Source: a virus
Length of the DNA: 64,000 bases
Direction: 5' to 3' (one strand)
IMG/VR virus record: IMGVR_UViG_3300017991_000072
Coordinates: 35,865-99,864 of that record
Shown: one piece after another, positions 1 to 8,351 of the stretch
Numbering within the stretch: position 1 is the stretch's first letter
Layout: every line of letters starts with the position of its first letter
Position numbers and translations under genes: made by a program
Notes under the pieces: model-generated
Seen by the model: only the letters and a program-made list of their open reading frames with translations
What the model was told of the DNA's origin: nothing
The model's database searches: none

Positions 1-328
1 CCGCCACCTGGCTGAAGGCCGAACAGGCCCCACAGCTTCCCTGTTGTTTGACGGAAGTCATCCACGGGGACCAGTCCCAGTAGGGAGGAAGAAGGGAGAA
101 GGCCGTGGCTGGCGGATCGTCTCCGGCTGACGTGTCATGGGGTGGTTCCGACGCCGGGAACATGGACTTCAGTTGGGCCGTTGACTTCTCTGACAGAGAT
201 GTGTGGCCCGCTGACCAGTTCAAGCCCTTGTCCTGGATCTCCTGTTGGATCGTGGTCATCTTGACCGCGTCCCCCAGAGCCCACACAGTCACCAAACACA
301 TCCACGTCCACAGGATGGACTTCTTCAT
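1..328 (-). CDS. Papain-family (C1A) cysteine protease with N-terminal signal peptide; runs off the window (3' truncated)
   Basis: Manual translation from ATG 328: MKKSILWTWMCLVTVWALG...LPPYWDWSPWMTSVKQQGSCGACSAFSQVA; matches the C1A motif LP..DW...VK.QG.CG.C.AF; GGAGG SD; ATGA overlap with the upstream stop. Not in the ORF track. Confidence 0.8.
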   Translation of the reverse strand, partial: MKKSILWTWMCLVTVWALGDAVKMTTIQQEIQDKGLNWSAGHTSLSEKSTAQLKSMFPASEPPHDTSAGDDPPATAFSLLPPYWDWSPWMTSVKQQGSCGACSAFSQVA

Positions 329-1095
329 CCGCTGTCCTCCGCTTCACCCCCTGGAACGGGGGTCTCTGGTTCGCTGGTTCCGTTCGTGTTCCCGCCTTCT
401 TCGTCCTCCCCCTCTTCTTCCTTTGGACGTTCCTTCCCGTTCAAGAGACAGTCAAAGGAAGTCCACAGCTCCGCGTTGATCTTGATGAACGCCTGTTCCT
501 CTTCCCTGGTGGTCTTCTCTTCCTCCACCAGCTCCGCCATCCTCCTGGACAGGATGGCGTTCTGGGCCGTCATGGTCTTGGCCGCGAAGGGAACACAGCC
601 GGTCAGAGTCAGCGCCAAGAGAAGGAGGCCCGTGGCCTGGGCCGCGAAGGCTGACGCCTTGGCCAGCTTCCTCTTCAGCCTTCTCTTCACCTTCGCCTCC
701 TCCTTCTTCTTCAGCTTCTTGACCATCTCCCTGGTCAAGTCTCTGTATTCGTCGGGGGTTGAAACGTAGACTTCCTCCGGCGGAGAGTGATATTCACACC
801 AGCCGTCTGACCCGTATTCTCTACAGATGTGGGTTCGTCGCTGTCTATGAATTGAACAGCGTCCCCGTTCAAGATACTGGCAAGGGATTCTGACGTAGAG
901 CGTCCAGGCTCCTTCTTCTGGTCTTCCTCCATCAGTCTCCGGAGTGAATCCAATGACTGTCTGTCCGTTTCTATACAGATACCAGAGGCCATATTCCCAT
1001 TCCTCCAAGGTGGTGGGCTTGTCCAGCTCCATTCCGAAATACTCACAACACCGTCCGCCACATTCAGGGGGACATCCACGGGGGTTCTGGGCCAT
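325..1095 (-). CDS. YkgJ-like Cys-cluster (Fe/Zn) domain protein with an internal lipobox-like segment and acidic tail
   Basis: CPPECGGRCC...CQYL...RCSIH...ICREY pattern; GGAGG SD before ATG 1095; LLLLALTLTGC mid-protein. Confidence 0.6.
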   Translation of the reverse strand: MAQNPRGCPPECGGRCCEYFGMELDKPTTLEEWEYGLWYLYRNGQTVIGFTPETDGGRPEEGAWTLYVRIPCQYLERGRCSIHRQRRTHICREYGSDGWCEYHSPPEEVYVSTPDEYRDLTREMVKKLKKKEEAKVKRRLKRKLAKASAFAAQATGLLLLALTLTGCVPFAAKTMTAQNAILSRRMAELVEEEKTTREEEQAFIKINAELWTSFDCLLNGKERPKEEEGEDEEGGNTNGTSEPETPVPGGEAEDSG

Positions 1096-1226
1096 CGTCT
1101 CCTCCTTGTCTTCGTGTAGGGATAGGTCTGGGGAAGTCTGTCAGGATCCATAATACCCCAGAACAGTCCGGACCATCAAGCCGGGTTTGTCAAGGGGGTC
1201 CGGTTTCGCGTGTGGGATCCGGGGCC

Positions 1227-1252
1227 ATGCTCCCCTCCCCTACCGTCCCGGA
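1227..1252 (+). repeat. Bipartite motif ATGC-N12-CCGTCCCGGA (copy 1 of 8)
   Basis: Other copies start at 3910, 6883, 8251, 9157 (GTGC), 10969 (GCGTCCCGGA) and 17930, with an inverted copy at 9260-9285; spacer is 12 nt in all. Confidence 0.85.
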
Positions 1253-1300
1253 CACACTATACTGTAGGCCGCGCCCACGGACGCCCCCACATCTTGGGCC

Positions 1301-1378
1301 TGAAAAAAAGTTCTCCCTGGGTCATTTTTTCTTCATTTTTCTCTTGACAAATGGACGGGGATGGTTTAGACTATAGCC
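1301..1378 (+). promoter_or_regulatory. Early promoter cassette 1
   Basis: T-rich UP tract, TTGACA 1344-1349, 17 nt, TAGACT 1367-1372, ATG 1379. Confidence 0.85.
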
Positions 1379-1672
1379 ATGATGAACGAAGAAACAAACC
1401 CCAAACCCCAGGAGGCCAAGATGATCACCCTGACAGACGAACAGATAGCCGTAGTGGCGGAAGCGGACAGCGTTCATGACTACGCCTGGTCCTACATCAC
1501 CATCAGGAAACAGACCGCGTCCTTCCAGCGGGCCTTCTACCTGGTGGAGACGATGGTTCACAAGGCTGAACACATGGAACTGGCGGAGGACCAGGTGTCA
1601 GGGCTCCAGGTGGCCACGGAATGGCTGAAACATGAGATCAAGAACGCGGGCCACCCAGTAGCCGGACTGTAG
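1379..1672 (+). CDS. Early hypothetical protein (+1 ATG 1379; SD-led ATG 1421 in frame)
   Basis: ORF after promoter, GGAGG SD. Confidence 0.75.
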   Translation: MMNEETNPKPQEAKMITLTDEQIAVVAEADSVHDYAWSYITIRKQTASFQRAFYLVETMVHKAEHMELAEDQVSGLQVATEWLKHEIKNAGHPVAGL

Positions 1673-1731
1673 AACCCCACGGGCTCCCTGGGGATCACCC
1701 AGGGAGCCCAGAACCCCAGAAGGAGGACCCC

Positions 1732-1923
1732 ATGATACGGACGAAGAAAGCCAAGAAGGTTCTGACGAAGAAGGAACAGCGCCACCTGACAGAGTCCAAC
1801 ATACACACCATGGCCGCCATGGAGCGCCAGGTGGCCTTCCTGAAGACCTACGAAGGGAACCCCACCATCTATCCCTGTTGGGAGTGTAGGGCCATAGCCC
1901 GGAAGCTTGGTCTGATGGACTGA
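1732..1923 (+). CDS. Small early protein with CxxC
   Basis: AGGAGG SD; PCWECRAIARKLGL. Confidence 0.7.
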   Translation: MIRTKKAKKVLTKKEQRHLTESNIHTMAAMERQVAFLKTYEGNPTIYPCWECRAIARKLGLMD

Positions 1924-1938
1924 CGCCCAGGACCCCCG

Positions 1939-2025
1939 TGACCCCTGGAGAAAAAAATTCTCCAGGGGTCATTTTTTCTTCATTTTTCTCTTGACTTTTC
2001 TGGCTCCCTGGGTTACAATAAGATC
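1939..2025 (+). promoter_or_regulatory. Terminator-promoter cassette 2
   Basis: 14-bp perfect stem 1939-1971 with A5 loop and T tract; TTGACT 1991-1996, 17 nt, TACAAT 2014-2019. Confidence 0.9.
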
Positions 2026-2460
2026 ATGGAAACACAGAAAACACCCCAAACCCCCAAGGAGGAGACGATGAACTGGACCAAAGAAATCAGCCAAGAGGCC
2101 GCTGACAAGGTGAAGAAGGCTGGCTACGTGGACCCCACAGCCAACCATCACCTGATCTCTGAAGCCGCCGCTGAAGCCCACACGATCCTGGGCCAGGAGA
2201 TCTTCCTGGCGAAGGACCACGCCTGTGAAGTCAGCGTCCAGATCCCCAAGACGATCACGGATGAATTCCAGGCCACCTATGACGCCTACAAGCTGATCAT
2301 GATGGAGATGGAAGCCATCCACCCGGCCAACAAACCAGAACTGACGCCCCAAGGCTATGACCGCCTGATGGCTGGCCTTCAGGAAAAGGCCGCGCCCCTT
2401 CGTTCCAAGCTTTACTCCCTGGAGATGGTCCTGGTGTCCATCGTCCAGGCCCAGATCTGA
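2026..2460 (+). CDS. Early hypothetical protein (SD-led ATG 2068)
   Basis: ORF track plus SD. Confidence 0.75.
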   Translation: METQKTPQTPKEETMNWTKEISQEAADKVKKAGYVDPTANHHLISEAAAEAHTILGQEIFLAKDHACEVSVQIPKTITDEFQATYDAYKLIMMEMEAIHPANKPELTPQGYDRLMAGLQEKAAPLRSKLYSLEMVLVSIVQAQI

Positions 2461-2527
2461 CGAACCACGGGGGAGGGACCACGGGGGTCCCTCCCCTTCC
2501 CCCAACCCCACAGAGGAGGACAAGAAG

Positions 2528-2962
2528 ATGAAAGCCACCAAGGACCAGATCAGAGGAATAGTAGGAGTCTTCCAGGACATCCTGGCCAAGGCGGAAGACA
2601 AGCTGAACACCAAGGAGATGGAGATGACAGAGCCCTACGCCCACTACACTCCCGCCAAGGACGGAGGGACCTACAGGGCTGTCTGTCTGAATGACCTTCC
2701 CAGTGAAGCCTTCCAGGCCATGGACTCCGCCACGGAGGCCGTCTCCCGCGCCAAGATGGTCATCAGGGAAGGACTCCGCTTCTGGGAATTGGGTCAGATC
2801 TCTGATGAAGACCTGGTCTTCAAGGCCGCCCAGGCCAACGTCAACCTGGCCATGGAGGCCGTGGACAAGGCCCTGGAAGCCCCCAACCCCAGGCCCAAGA
2901 CCAGGCCCAGGCCCATCAAGGCCAGGTTTGGGGAGACCAGGCCAGCGTTCCCCGTGTCATAG
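2528..2962 (+). CDS. Early hypothetical protein
   Basis: GGAGG SD after a GC hairpin. Confidence 0.7.
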   Translation: MKATKDQIRGIVGVFQDILAKAEDKLNTKEMEMTEPYAHYTPAKDGGTYRAVCLNDLPSEAFQAMDSATEAVSRAKMVIREGLRFWELGQISDEDLVFKAAQANVNLAMEAVDKALEAPNPRPKTRPRPIKARFGETRPAFPVS

Positions 2963-2970
2963 TTGACACA

Positions 2971-3057
2971 GCCCCCTGGTGAAAAAAAATTCGCCAGGGG
3001 GTCTTTTTTCTTCACTTTTCTCTTGACAAATGGGGGACCATGGTTTATAATAGAGCC
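2971..3057 (+). promoter_or_regulatory. Terminator-promoter cassette 3
   Basis: Hairpin and T tract; TTGACA 3023-3028, 17 nt, TATAAT 3046-3051. Confidence 0.9.
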
Positions 3058-3519
3058 ATGATGAAGGAAGGAAACAAACCCCAAACCCCCCAAAAGGAGG
3101 AGGACCTGATGATGACCCTTCAAGAAGCTACCGCTGGACTGATCGCTGGAACCGTGACCACGGATGACCTGAAGGTCCAAGGGTTCACGGCTGATGAACT
3201 GATCGCTGTGGTGGAGGCCATCCCGCCGTTCACAGGCTGTCCCTGTTGTTCGGATGAAGAGCCCGGCGCTGACTACGCGGACTTCAACATGTCCCTGTCC
3301 CGTCAGTTGGCCTTGGCTGACGTGAAGGTCTGTGGGTCCTGTGGAGCCATCCACGGAACCGTGGAGACCTGGGAAGCGGCCCACATGGTCTACCACCCCA
3401 CGATGGTGGCCAAGGCCACGGGGGAGGAGATCTACGTGGACCTGACGATCCGTTCAGAGAATGAACGGTTCCATGGCTGGATGGACTCCGCCACCAAGAA
3501 CCTGACCCAGGTTGGCTAG
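3058..3519 (+). CDS. Early protein with CxxC pairs (SD-led ATG 3109/3112)
   Basis: CPCC...CGSCGAIHG; SD. Confidence 0.75.
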   Translation: MMKEGNKPQTPQKEEDLMMTLQEATAGLIAGTVTTDDLKVQGFTADELIAVVEAIPPFTGCPCCSDEEPGADYADFNMSLSRQLALADVKVCGSCGAIHGTVETWEAAHMVYHPTMVAKATGEEIYVDLTIRSENERFHGWMDSATKNLTQVG

Positions 3520-3593
3520 GACCTGGGAGGAAGCCAGGGAGGGACCCGTGGGTCCCTCCCTTCTTCGTTCAACCCCAAACCCAGGAGGAGACG

Positions 3594-3800
3594 ATGACCA
3601 GAGAAGAGGCCCAACGGATGGACCCAGAGGAGGCCAAGCTGAAGGCCAAGAGACTGGCCCAGGAAGCTGATGAACTGATCTCCAAGATGGAACTGGCCCA
3701 CCCCCATTCCCAACGCTACACTGAACTGTGGAACGAACTGACAGCCGTGGAACAGGAACAGCTAGTTCTGACCTGGGCTCCAGGCTACGGAGCCTGGTGA
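3594..3800 (+). CDS. Small early hypothetical protein
   Basis: Leader ACCCCAAACCCAGGAGG before ATG. Confidence 0.7.
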   Translation: MTREEAQRMDPEEAKLKAKRLAQEADELISKMELAHPHSQRYTELWNELTAVEQEQLVLTWAPGYGAW

Positions 3801-3859
3801 CGGAATAGAGCCCAGGCCCTACCCCTGGCGAACGATCCAGGGGAGGGACCTGGGACGGG

Positions 3860-3891
3860 AGCCCCGGCGTTCAGACCGGGGCTCTTTTTTT
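3860..3891 (+). terminator. Rho-independent terminator
   Basis: AGCCCCGG...CCGGGGCT stem followed by a T run. Confidence 0.75.
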
Positions 3892-3970
3892 GTCTGGATC
3901 CCCTGGCCTATGCTCCGCCTCCGCACCGTCCCGGATGTGGTATTATCCCACCACAATGTCAAGAGAAGAG

Positions 3971-4049
3971 TGAAAAAAATTTCGTCTGGTGTCAAGATTT
4001 CTTCATTTTTCTCTTGACTTTTAGGATTGACCTGGGGTATAATAGGGCC
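3971..4049 (+). promoter_or_regulatory. Promoter cassette 4 (variant)
   Basis: TTGACT 4014-4019, 18 nt, TATAAT 4038-4043. Confidence 0.8.
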
Positions 4050-4050
4050 A

Positions 4051-4098
4051 CAGTCAAGATAGTTGACTGGTTGAATTCGGATCTTTGACAACTGAATA
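4051..4098 (+). promoter_or_regulatory. rrn-like boxB hairpin plus boxA antitermination element
   Basis: CAGTCAA-gatag-TTGACTG hairpin at 4051-4069, then GATCTTTGACAACTGAATA at 4080-4098. Confidence 0.55.
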
Positions 4099-4137
4099 AC
4101 GGACACAGAAACCCCCAAACCCCAAGGAGGGAAACCC

Positions 4138-4377
4138 ATGGACGTGTTCTCTGTTCTGATCATCGTGGCTGTGGTTCTGACCAAGGTGGAGGCCCTGGAG
4201 GACGCCCTGGAGGCTTCTGAAGCGGACTTCTTCCCCGCCCAGGTCCTTGTGGTCCTGGTGGCCAGGGACGCCCTGGTGGGAGCCCTGGCGGGCTTCCTGG
4301 AGACGGGAACGGGGCTCCAGGATCTCCTGGACGCGGCCCTGGACCTGGATGACGCCCTGGTCAAGCTGGCGAAGTAG
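4138..4377 (+). CDS. Small hydrophobic/acidic early protein
   Basis: AAGGAGG SD; ORF. Confidence 0.65.
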   Translation: MDVFSVLIIVAVVLTKVEALEDALEASEADFFPAQVLVVLVARDALVGALAGFLETGTGLQDLLDAALDLDDALVKLAK

Positions 4378-4382
4378 AAACA

Positions 4383-4468
4383 GACCCCCAGAGAAAAAAA
4401 TTCTCTGGGGGTCATTTTTTCTTCATTTTTCCCTTGACTTTTAGGAATGGGTGGTTTATAATAGGGTC
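4383..4468 (+). promoter_or_regulatory. Terminator-promoter cassette 5
   Basis: Hairpin 4383-4413; TTGACT 4434-4439, 17 nt, TATAAT 4457-4462. Confidence 0.9.
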
Positions 4469-4774
4469 ATGATGAACGAAGGAAACAAACCCCAAACCCC
4501 CAAGAAGGAGGAAACCATGAACCAGATGACAACGAAGAAGAACGCGGGAAGAGACATGGTCCGGAAGGTGAAGGCGGAACAGATGTCCTTTGTGACGGAG
4601 GACCAGTTGGCCGTTATCGCGGAGGACGATGAAACCAGGATGACCCCCATCCTTGTCCGCTGTGGGAATGGACGCTTCACGTGTCCCGCCCAGAACGCGG
4701 CCTGGTTCATTGACATCATCACCAAGGAAGGGACGGACTACGTCAGGGACGCCTCCATCTACTCCAGCTACTAG
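4469..4774 (+). CDS. Early hypothetical protein (SD-led ATG 4517)
   Basis: ORF plus SD. Confidence 0.75.
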   Translation: MMNEGNKPQTPKKEETMNQMTTKKNAGRDMVRKVKAEQMSFVTEDQLAVIAEDDETRMTPILVRCGNGRFTCPAQNAAWFIDIITKEGTDYVRDASIYSSY

Positions 4775-4788
4775 CCTGAACCCCTCCA

Positions 4789-4874
4789 GCCCCCCAGAGA
4801 AAAAAATTCTCTGGGGGGCCTTTTTTCTTCACTTTTCTCTTGACTTTCTTGACGGGGTGGGCTATAATAAGATC
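4789..4874 (+). promoter_or_regulatory. Terminator-promoter cassette 6
   Basis: Hairpin; TTGACT 4840-4845, 17 nt, TATAAT 4863-4868. Confidence 0.9.
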
Positions 4875-5327
4875 ATGGAAACAGCGAACAAACCCCAAAC
4901 CCCCAAACCCCAGGAGGACAGAATGTCAGTCACACAGTTCAGCGCGGAAGCCGTTTCCCAGATGGCCCACAGCATAGCCGCCCACGCCCGTCTTGATGAA
5001 GAGTTGGCGGAGATCATCCTGGAGTCCAAGGCGGCCCACCACGCTGGCCGCGTGGAGTTCAACCTGGACACGGATGACGTTTCCTTCAAGCTGGTCCACT
5101 ACATGAGGCTGTCCAACCTGGTGGCCTACTCCATCCAATACCAGGAGCCCATGGTTCCCGTCTACACCATTGATGACTACTACGGGGAACCCCTGGTGGC
5201 CAAGGAGCTGGCGGAGGAAATTGACCACTGGATCTACAACGTCCAGACCAACGCGGGGACCGCCCTGGTGGACCCGCTCTGGTTTGAACTGTTCCAGGCT
5301 GTCAGGGACCACCTGGCCGCGAAGTAG
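4875..5327 (+). CDS. Early hypothetical protein (SD-led ATG 4923)
   Basis: ORF plus SD. Confidence 0.75.
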   Translation: METANKPQTPKPQEDRMSVTQFSAEAVSQMAHSIAAHARLDEELAEIILESKAAHHAGRVEFNLDTDDVSFKLVHYMRLSNLVAYSIQYQEPMVPVYTIDDYYGEPLVAKELAEEIDHWIYNVQTNAGTALVDPLWFELFQAVRDHLAAK

Positions 5328-5340
5328 CCCACGGCCTCCA

Positions 5341-5426
5341 GACCCCCAGAGAAAAAAATTCTCTGGGGGTCATTTTTTCTTCATTTTTCTCTTGACTTTT
5401 CCCCGGGGATGGGTTACAATAAGATC
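5341..5426 (+). promoter_or_regulatory. Terminator-promoter cassette 7
   Basis: Hairpin 5341-5371; TTGACT 5392-5397, 17 nt, TACAAT 5415-5420. Confidence 0.9.
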
Positions 5427-5699
5427 ATGGAAACAGGAAATCAACCCCAAACCCCGAAGGAGCCCAAGATGAAGATGAACCCCAACGGATCAGTCAGTTT
5501 CAGCTATGAAGAGATCGTGGCGGCGGCGGAAGAGACCAAGAAGGCGGAAGCGGCCCGCGCCAACGCGCCCATGATGGCCGTCAGCTATGAAACCCCCGTA
5601 GGGACCTTCAAGGACTGGATCAAGGCGGCGGAGCGCGTGGAGGCTTTGGACATGGACCCCGTGGAGGTCATCAAGGTAGTCAGAACCCCTATCAGCTAA
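5427..5699 (+). CDS. Early hypothetical protein (SD-led ATG 5469)
   Basis: ORF plus SD. Confidence 0.75.
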   Translation: METGNQPQTPKEPKMKMNPNGSVSFSYEEIVAAAEETKKAEAARANAPMMAVSYETPVGTFKDWIKAAERVEALDMDPVEVIKVVRTPIS

Positions 5700-5766
5700 G
5701 GACAGGAACCACGCCCCCCCAGGATCCCCTGGGGGGCCAACCCCAACCCCAACGAAGGAGGACACG

Positions 5767-6165
5767 ATGAACAGACAAGCCAAGATCCCCCAGGAGATGG
5801 CCACCTACCTGGTGGACGCGGAGGACAAAGGCTGGACCGGTGGCCAGGTGACCAGGTGGGTCCGGAACTGGATGAAGGACCTAGTCTGGGATGACAAGGA
5901 CCCCCTGGGGGAGTCCGTGGCCGTGACCGTCCCCTGTTCCCTGGTGGACCAATACGGGAAGCTGATGGCCAAGGAGGACGAAGTCAGGACCTTGATGGAG
6001 ACCAGAGCCCAGACCCTTGGCCTGGTGTCCTGTGACCCCAGGTCTGAAGAGTACAGGGAGACCAGGAGGAAACACCTGAACCTAGTCAACGCCCTGGACA
6101 TGGTCAGGGAGTCCAGGAGGAACCTGGAAGACGCCATGACCTGGGTCCTGTTGGCCCAACTGTAG
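5767..6165 (+). CDS. Early hypothetical protein
   Basis: AAGGAGG SD. Confidence 0.7.
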   Translation: MNRQAKIPQEMATYLVDAEDKGWTGGQVTRWVRNWMKDLVWDDKDPLGESVAVTVPCSLVDQYGKLMAKEDEVRTLMETRAQTLGLVSCDPRSEEYRETRRKHLNLVNALDMVRESRRNLEDAMTWVLLAQL

Positions 6166-6216
6166 ACGAACCCAACGCGGCCCCCTGGGGAGACCTGGGG
6201 GGCCAAGGAGGACCCC

Positions 6217-6522
6217 ATGGAAGGACAAGAACCCAAGATGGTCTCCGTCATGGTGGCGGAGAAGCTTCTACAGGATTATGACACGGCCTTGATGGGAGCC
6301 AGGAACATGGAGGGACGCCTATTGAACGCTGAACAGTGTCTTCTCCAGTCCGTCCTGGACTGTGACCAGGAAGCCTATGAAGAGGCCCTGGCCCAGAGGG
6401 ACAGGGTCCAGGCTTCTCTGGACCTGGCCAAGAACCAGGCGGCGGCCCTGTCCGTCACGATAGCCAAGAAGGCCCTTCAAGACTGGATGACCCCAGGGAC
6501 TCCAGTCTTCCCAGAGGATTGA
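6217..6522 (+). CDS. Early hypothetical protein
   Basis: AAGGAGG SD. Confidence 0.7.
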   Translation: MEGQEPKMVSVMVAEKLLQDYDTALMGARNMEGRLLNAEQCLLQSVLDCDQEAYEEALAQRDRVQASLDLAKNQAAALSVTIAKKALQDWMTPGTPVFPED

Positions 6523-6583
6523 ACCACGGGTCCTCCCGTGGGTTTGGGGTGGGGCTCCCCCAGGGGTGGGGGAGCCCCTTTCT
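6522..6583 (+). terminator. Anti-leader element plus terminator (copy A, 3'UTR)
   Basis: GTCCTCCCGTGGGTTTGGGGT 6530-6550, then 12-bp stem with GGGG loop 6551-6578 and T tract. Confidence 0.75.
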
Positions 6584-6584
6584 A

Positions 6585-6613
6585 TTGACTTCAGGCGGAC
6601 CATGGTCTACACT
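6585..6613 (+). promoter_or_regulatory. Sigma70 promoter for a putative sRNA
   Basis: TTGACT 6585-6590, 17 nt, TACACT 6608-6613; no SD-led ORF downstream. Confidence 0.75.
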
Positions 6614-6619
6614 GAAGCC

Positions 6620-6702
6620 TGATCCACAGGGAACGGCGGGGCTTCCCCGTCCTCCTTGGGGTTTGGGGTAGGGGTCCAGGAGGGGTCCTGGACCCCTCTT
6701 TA
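6620..6702 (+). ncRNA. Putative ~80-nt sRNA antisense to the shared early-gene leader/SD (copy B)
   Basis: GTCCTCCTTGGGGTTTGGGGT 6649-6669 is the reverse complement of ACCCCAAACCCCAAGGAGGAC; 12-bp terminator stem 6670-6697. Confidence 0.65.
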
Positions 6703-6742
6703 TATTGTGGTTCTTCTTGAACAGCTCCCCCACATGTGGTAT
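6696..6742. promoter_or_regulatory. NrdR-box-like pair (32 bp apart)
   Basis: CTCTTTATATTGTGG at 6696 and CCCCACATGTGGTAT at 6728. Confidence 0.5.
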
Positions 6743-6843
6743 GGTGGAACCTGCTAGGGCTGACTTGGTGTCCGTACCAGCGCCGGGTCACTCTGTTTCC
6801 TCCTTTGGGCTCCCCACGCGCCACGGGGAGCCCTTCCCTTCTA

Positions 6844-6859
6844 TGTTCCACGTGAAACC
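6844..6859. promoter_or_regulatory. parS-like site
   Basis: TGTTCCACGTGAAACC, 15/16 match to TGTTNCACGTGAAACA. Confidence 0.65.
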
Positions 6860-7000
6860 CTGACTCCCTGGACCCCCGGGCCATGCTCCGGCCGGAGACC
6901 GTCCCGGATGTGGTATTCATCCACCACAACGTCAAGTCCCCACTTGACACGCCCCCCTTCCTCCTCCCCCCTGGTTATGCTCCCCCCAGGAAATCCGGGA

Positions 7001-7047
7001 CACCACATGTGGTATACCCACGGCCACGGACCCCCTACATTTTGTGG
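7001..7047. promoter_or_regulatory. NrdR-box-like pair (32 bp apart)
   Basis: CACCACATGTGGTAT at 7001 and CCCTACATTTTGTGG at 7033. Confidence 0.55.
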
Positions 7048-7079
7048 TGTCATATAGCGAATTTTTCTACACTGAACCC

Positions 7080-7109
7080 TTGACAACAGGGGGTCCCCTG
7101 GTGTATATT
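7080..7109 (+). promoter_or_regulatory. Promoter 8
   Basis: TTGACA 7080-7085, 18 nt, TATATT 7104-7109. Confidence 0.75.
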
Positions 7110-7126
7110 AGGGGTAGATAGTGAGA

Positions 7127-7552
7127 ATGAAACGGACCCCAGAACCCCAAACCAAGGAGGACAGGATGAACGCAAGAACCAACGATGACTTCAGGAAGGA
7201 AGGAACCAGGAAGGCCACGCTGGCGTTCCTTTCCGCCCTGACAGAACAGGAGGAAAGCGGAGAACCCCCGGCCATGTTCATGATCTGTCAACAGAAGAAC
7301 CCCATCACGGGACGGAGGAATGAAGTCAGGTTGACGGCCGGTGTTCAGGCCATGGGAGCCATAGCGGCCGGTCACGTCCTGAAAGCCGTTCATGACTTTG
7401 ACACCTTCACAGAGGATAATGACCCCTACGGGGAACATGACTTTGGGATCGTCAGGATGGAAGGGGAAACCCTGAACTGGAAGATTGATGACTACCAGGG
7501 CTATGATGGGATTGAATTGGTCCTGACCATCATGACGGCCATGGAATACTAG
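7127..7552 (+). CDS. DUF3768-family protein (SD-led ATG 7166)
   Basis: FDTFTEDNDPYGEHDFG...WKIDDY...VLTIMTAMEY signature. Confidence 0.8.
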   Translation: MKRTPEPQTKEDRMNARTNDDFRKEGTRKATLAFLSALTEQEESGEPPAMFMICQQKNPITGRRNEVRLTAGVQAMGAIAAGHVLKAVHDFDTFTEDNDPYGEHDFGIVRMEGETLNWKIDDYQGYDGIELVLTIMTAMEY

Positions 7553-7613
7553 AAACCCCAGGGAGCCCGGCCACGGCCGGGCTCCCACCACCCCCCAAAC
7601 CAAGGAGGACAGA

Positions 7614-7877
7614 ATGGACCCCATCACGAACCCAAGACCCACCACCCACCAATGGAAGGAAGGGGACAGGGTAGCCTTTTCTAAAGCCTTCCTCCGCAAC
7701 ACTGGCCAGTGTGACTATGAAACGGCCAGAGGCCGGGGGACCATCATCAGCGTGGCCCCCGTGGGGGACCTGACCATAGCGTCTATCAGATGGGACGGGA
7801 TAGGTCTGGTCACTAACGTCAACGTGTTGAACCTGTCCCTGGTCACCAGGGACGGGGTAGTTCAGGACAGGGACTAG
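7614..7877 (+). CDS. Small early protein (possible SH3-like fold)
   Basis: SD; WKEGDRVAF...GTIISV...IRW. Confidence 0.65.
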   Translation: MDPITNPRPTTHQWKEGDRVAFSKAFLRNTGQCDYETARGRGTIISVAPVGDLTIASIRWDGIGLVTNVNVLNLSLVTRDGVVQDRD

Positions 7878-7937
7878 GAAGTCACCAGGGAGCCCTGGCG
7901 CTGGCCGGGGCTCCCACCCCCACCCAAGGAGGACAGG

Positions 7938-8177
7938 ATGGATCTGGAACGCTACAGGGTCTTCACAGCCCAGAAATTCATGGCCATGACCACGGGGGAA
8001 CGCCAGAGGACAAAGCCCACCATGATGTTCAGCCGGGAATACCTGGCCCTGGCCCTGGCGCTGGCCTCTGAAAAGGTCATCATCTATGACGCCCAGGAAG
8101 ACCTGGCGTGGCATTGTGGGGACCTGGTCACGAAGGCGGGATGGTACGATGGGAGCGGACAGCTAGTCAACCCGTAG
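7938..8177 (+). CDS. Early hypothetical protein
   Basis: AAGGAGG SD. Confidence 0.65.
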   Translation: MDLERYRVFTAQKFMAMTTGERQRTKPTMMFSREYLALALALASEKVIIYDAQEDLAWHCGDLVTKAGWYDGSGQLVNP

Positions 8178-8351
8178 CCCTTCACCGGGGACCTGGTGAA
8201 GGGGTCCCCTTGGTTAGCCGGTCCCGGGGAAACCCGGGGCCGGTCTTTTTATGCTCCCCTCTGGCCCCGTCCCGGATTGTGGTATACTGTATCCACAATG
8301 TCAAGCCCTGGCTTGACGGGCCGTCTGCTAATCCACGAAAAGCCGGGACGG

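Noticed and set aside
8325-8332. CIRCE (TGCTAA here and at 18089)
   Set aside because: Only a half site; no TTAGCA partner at the required spacing.
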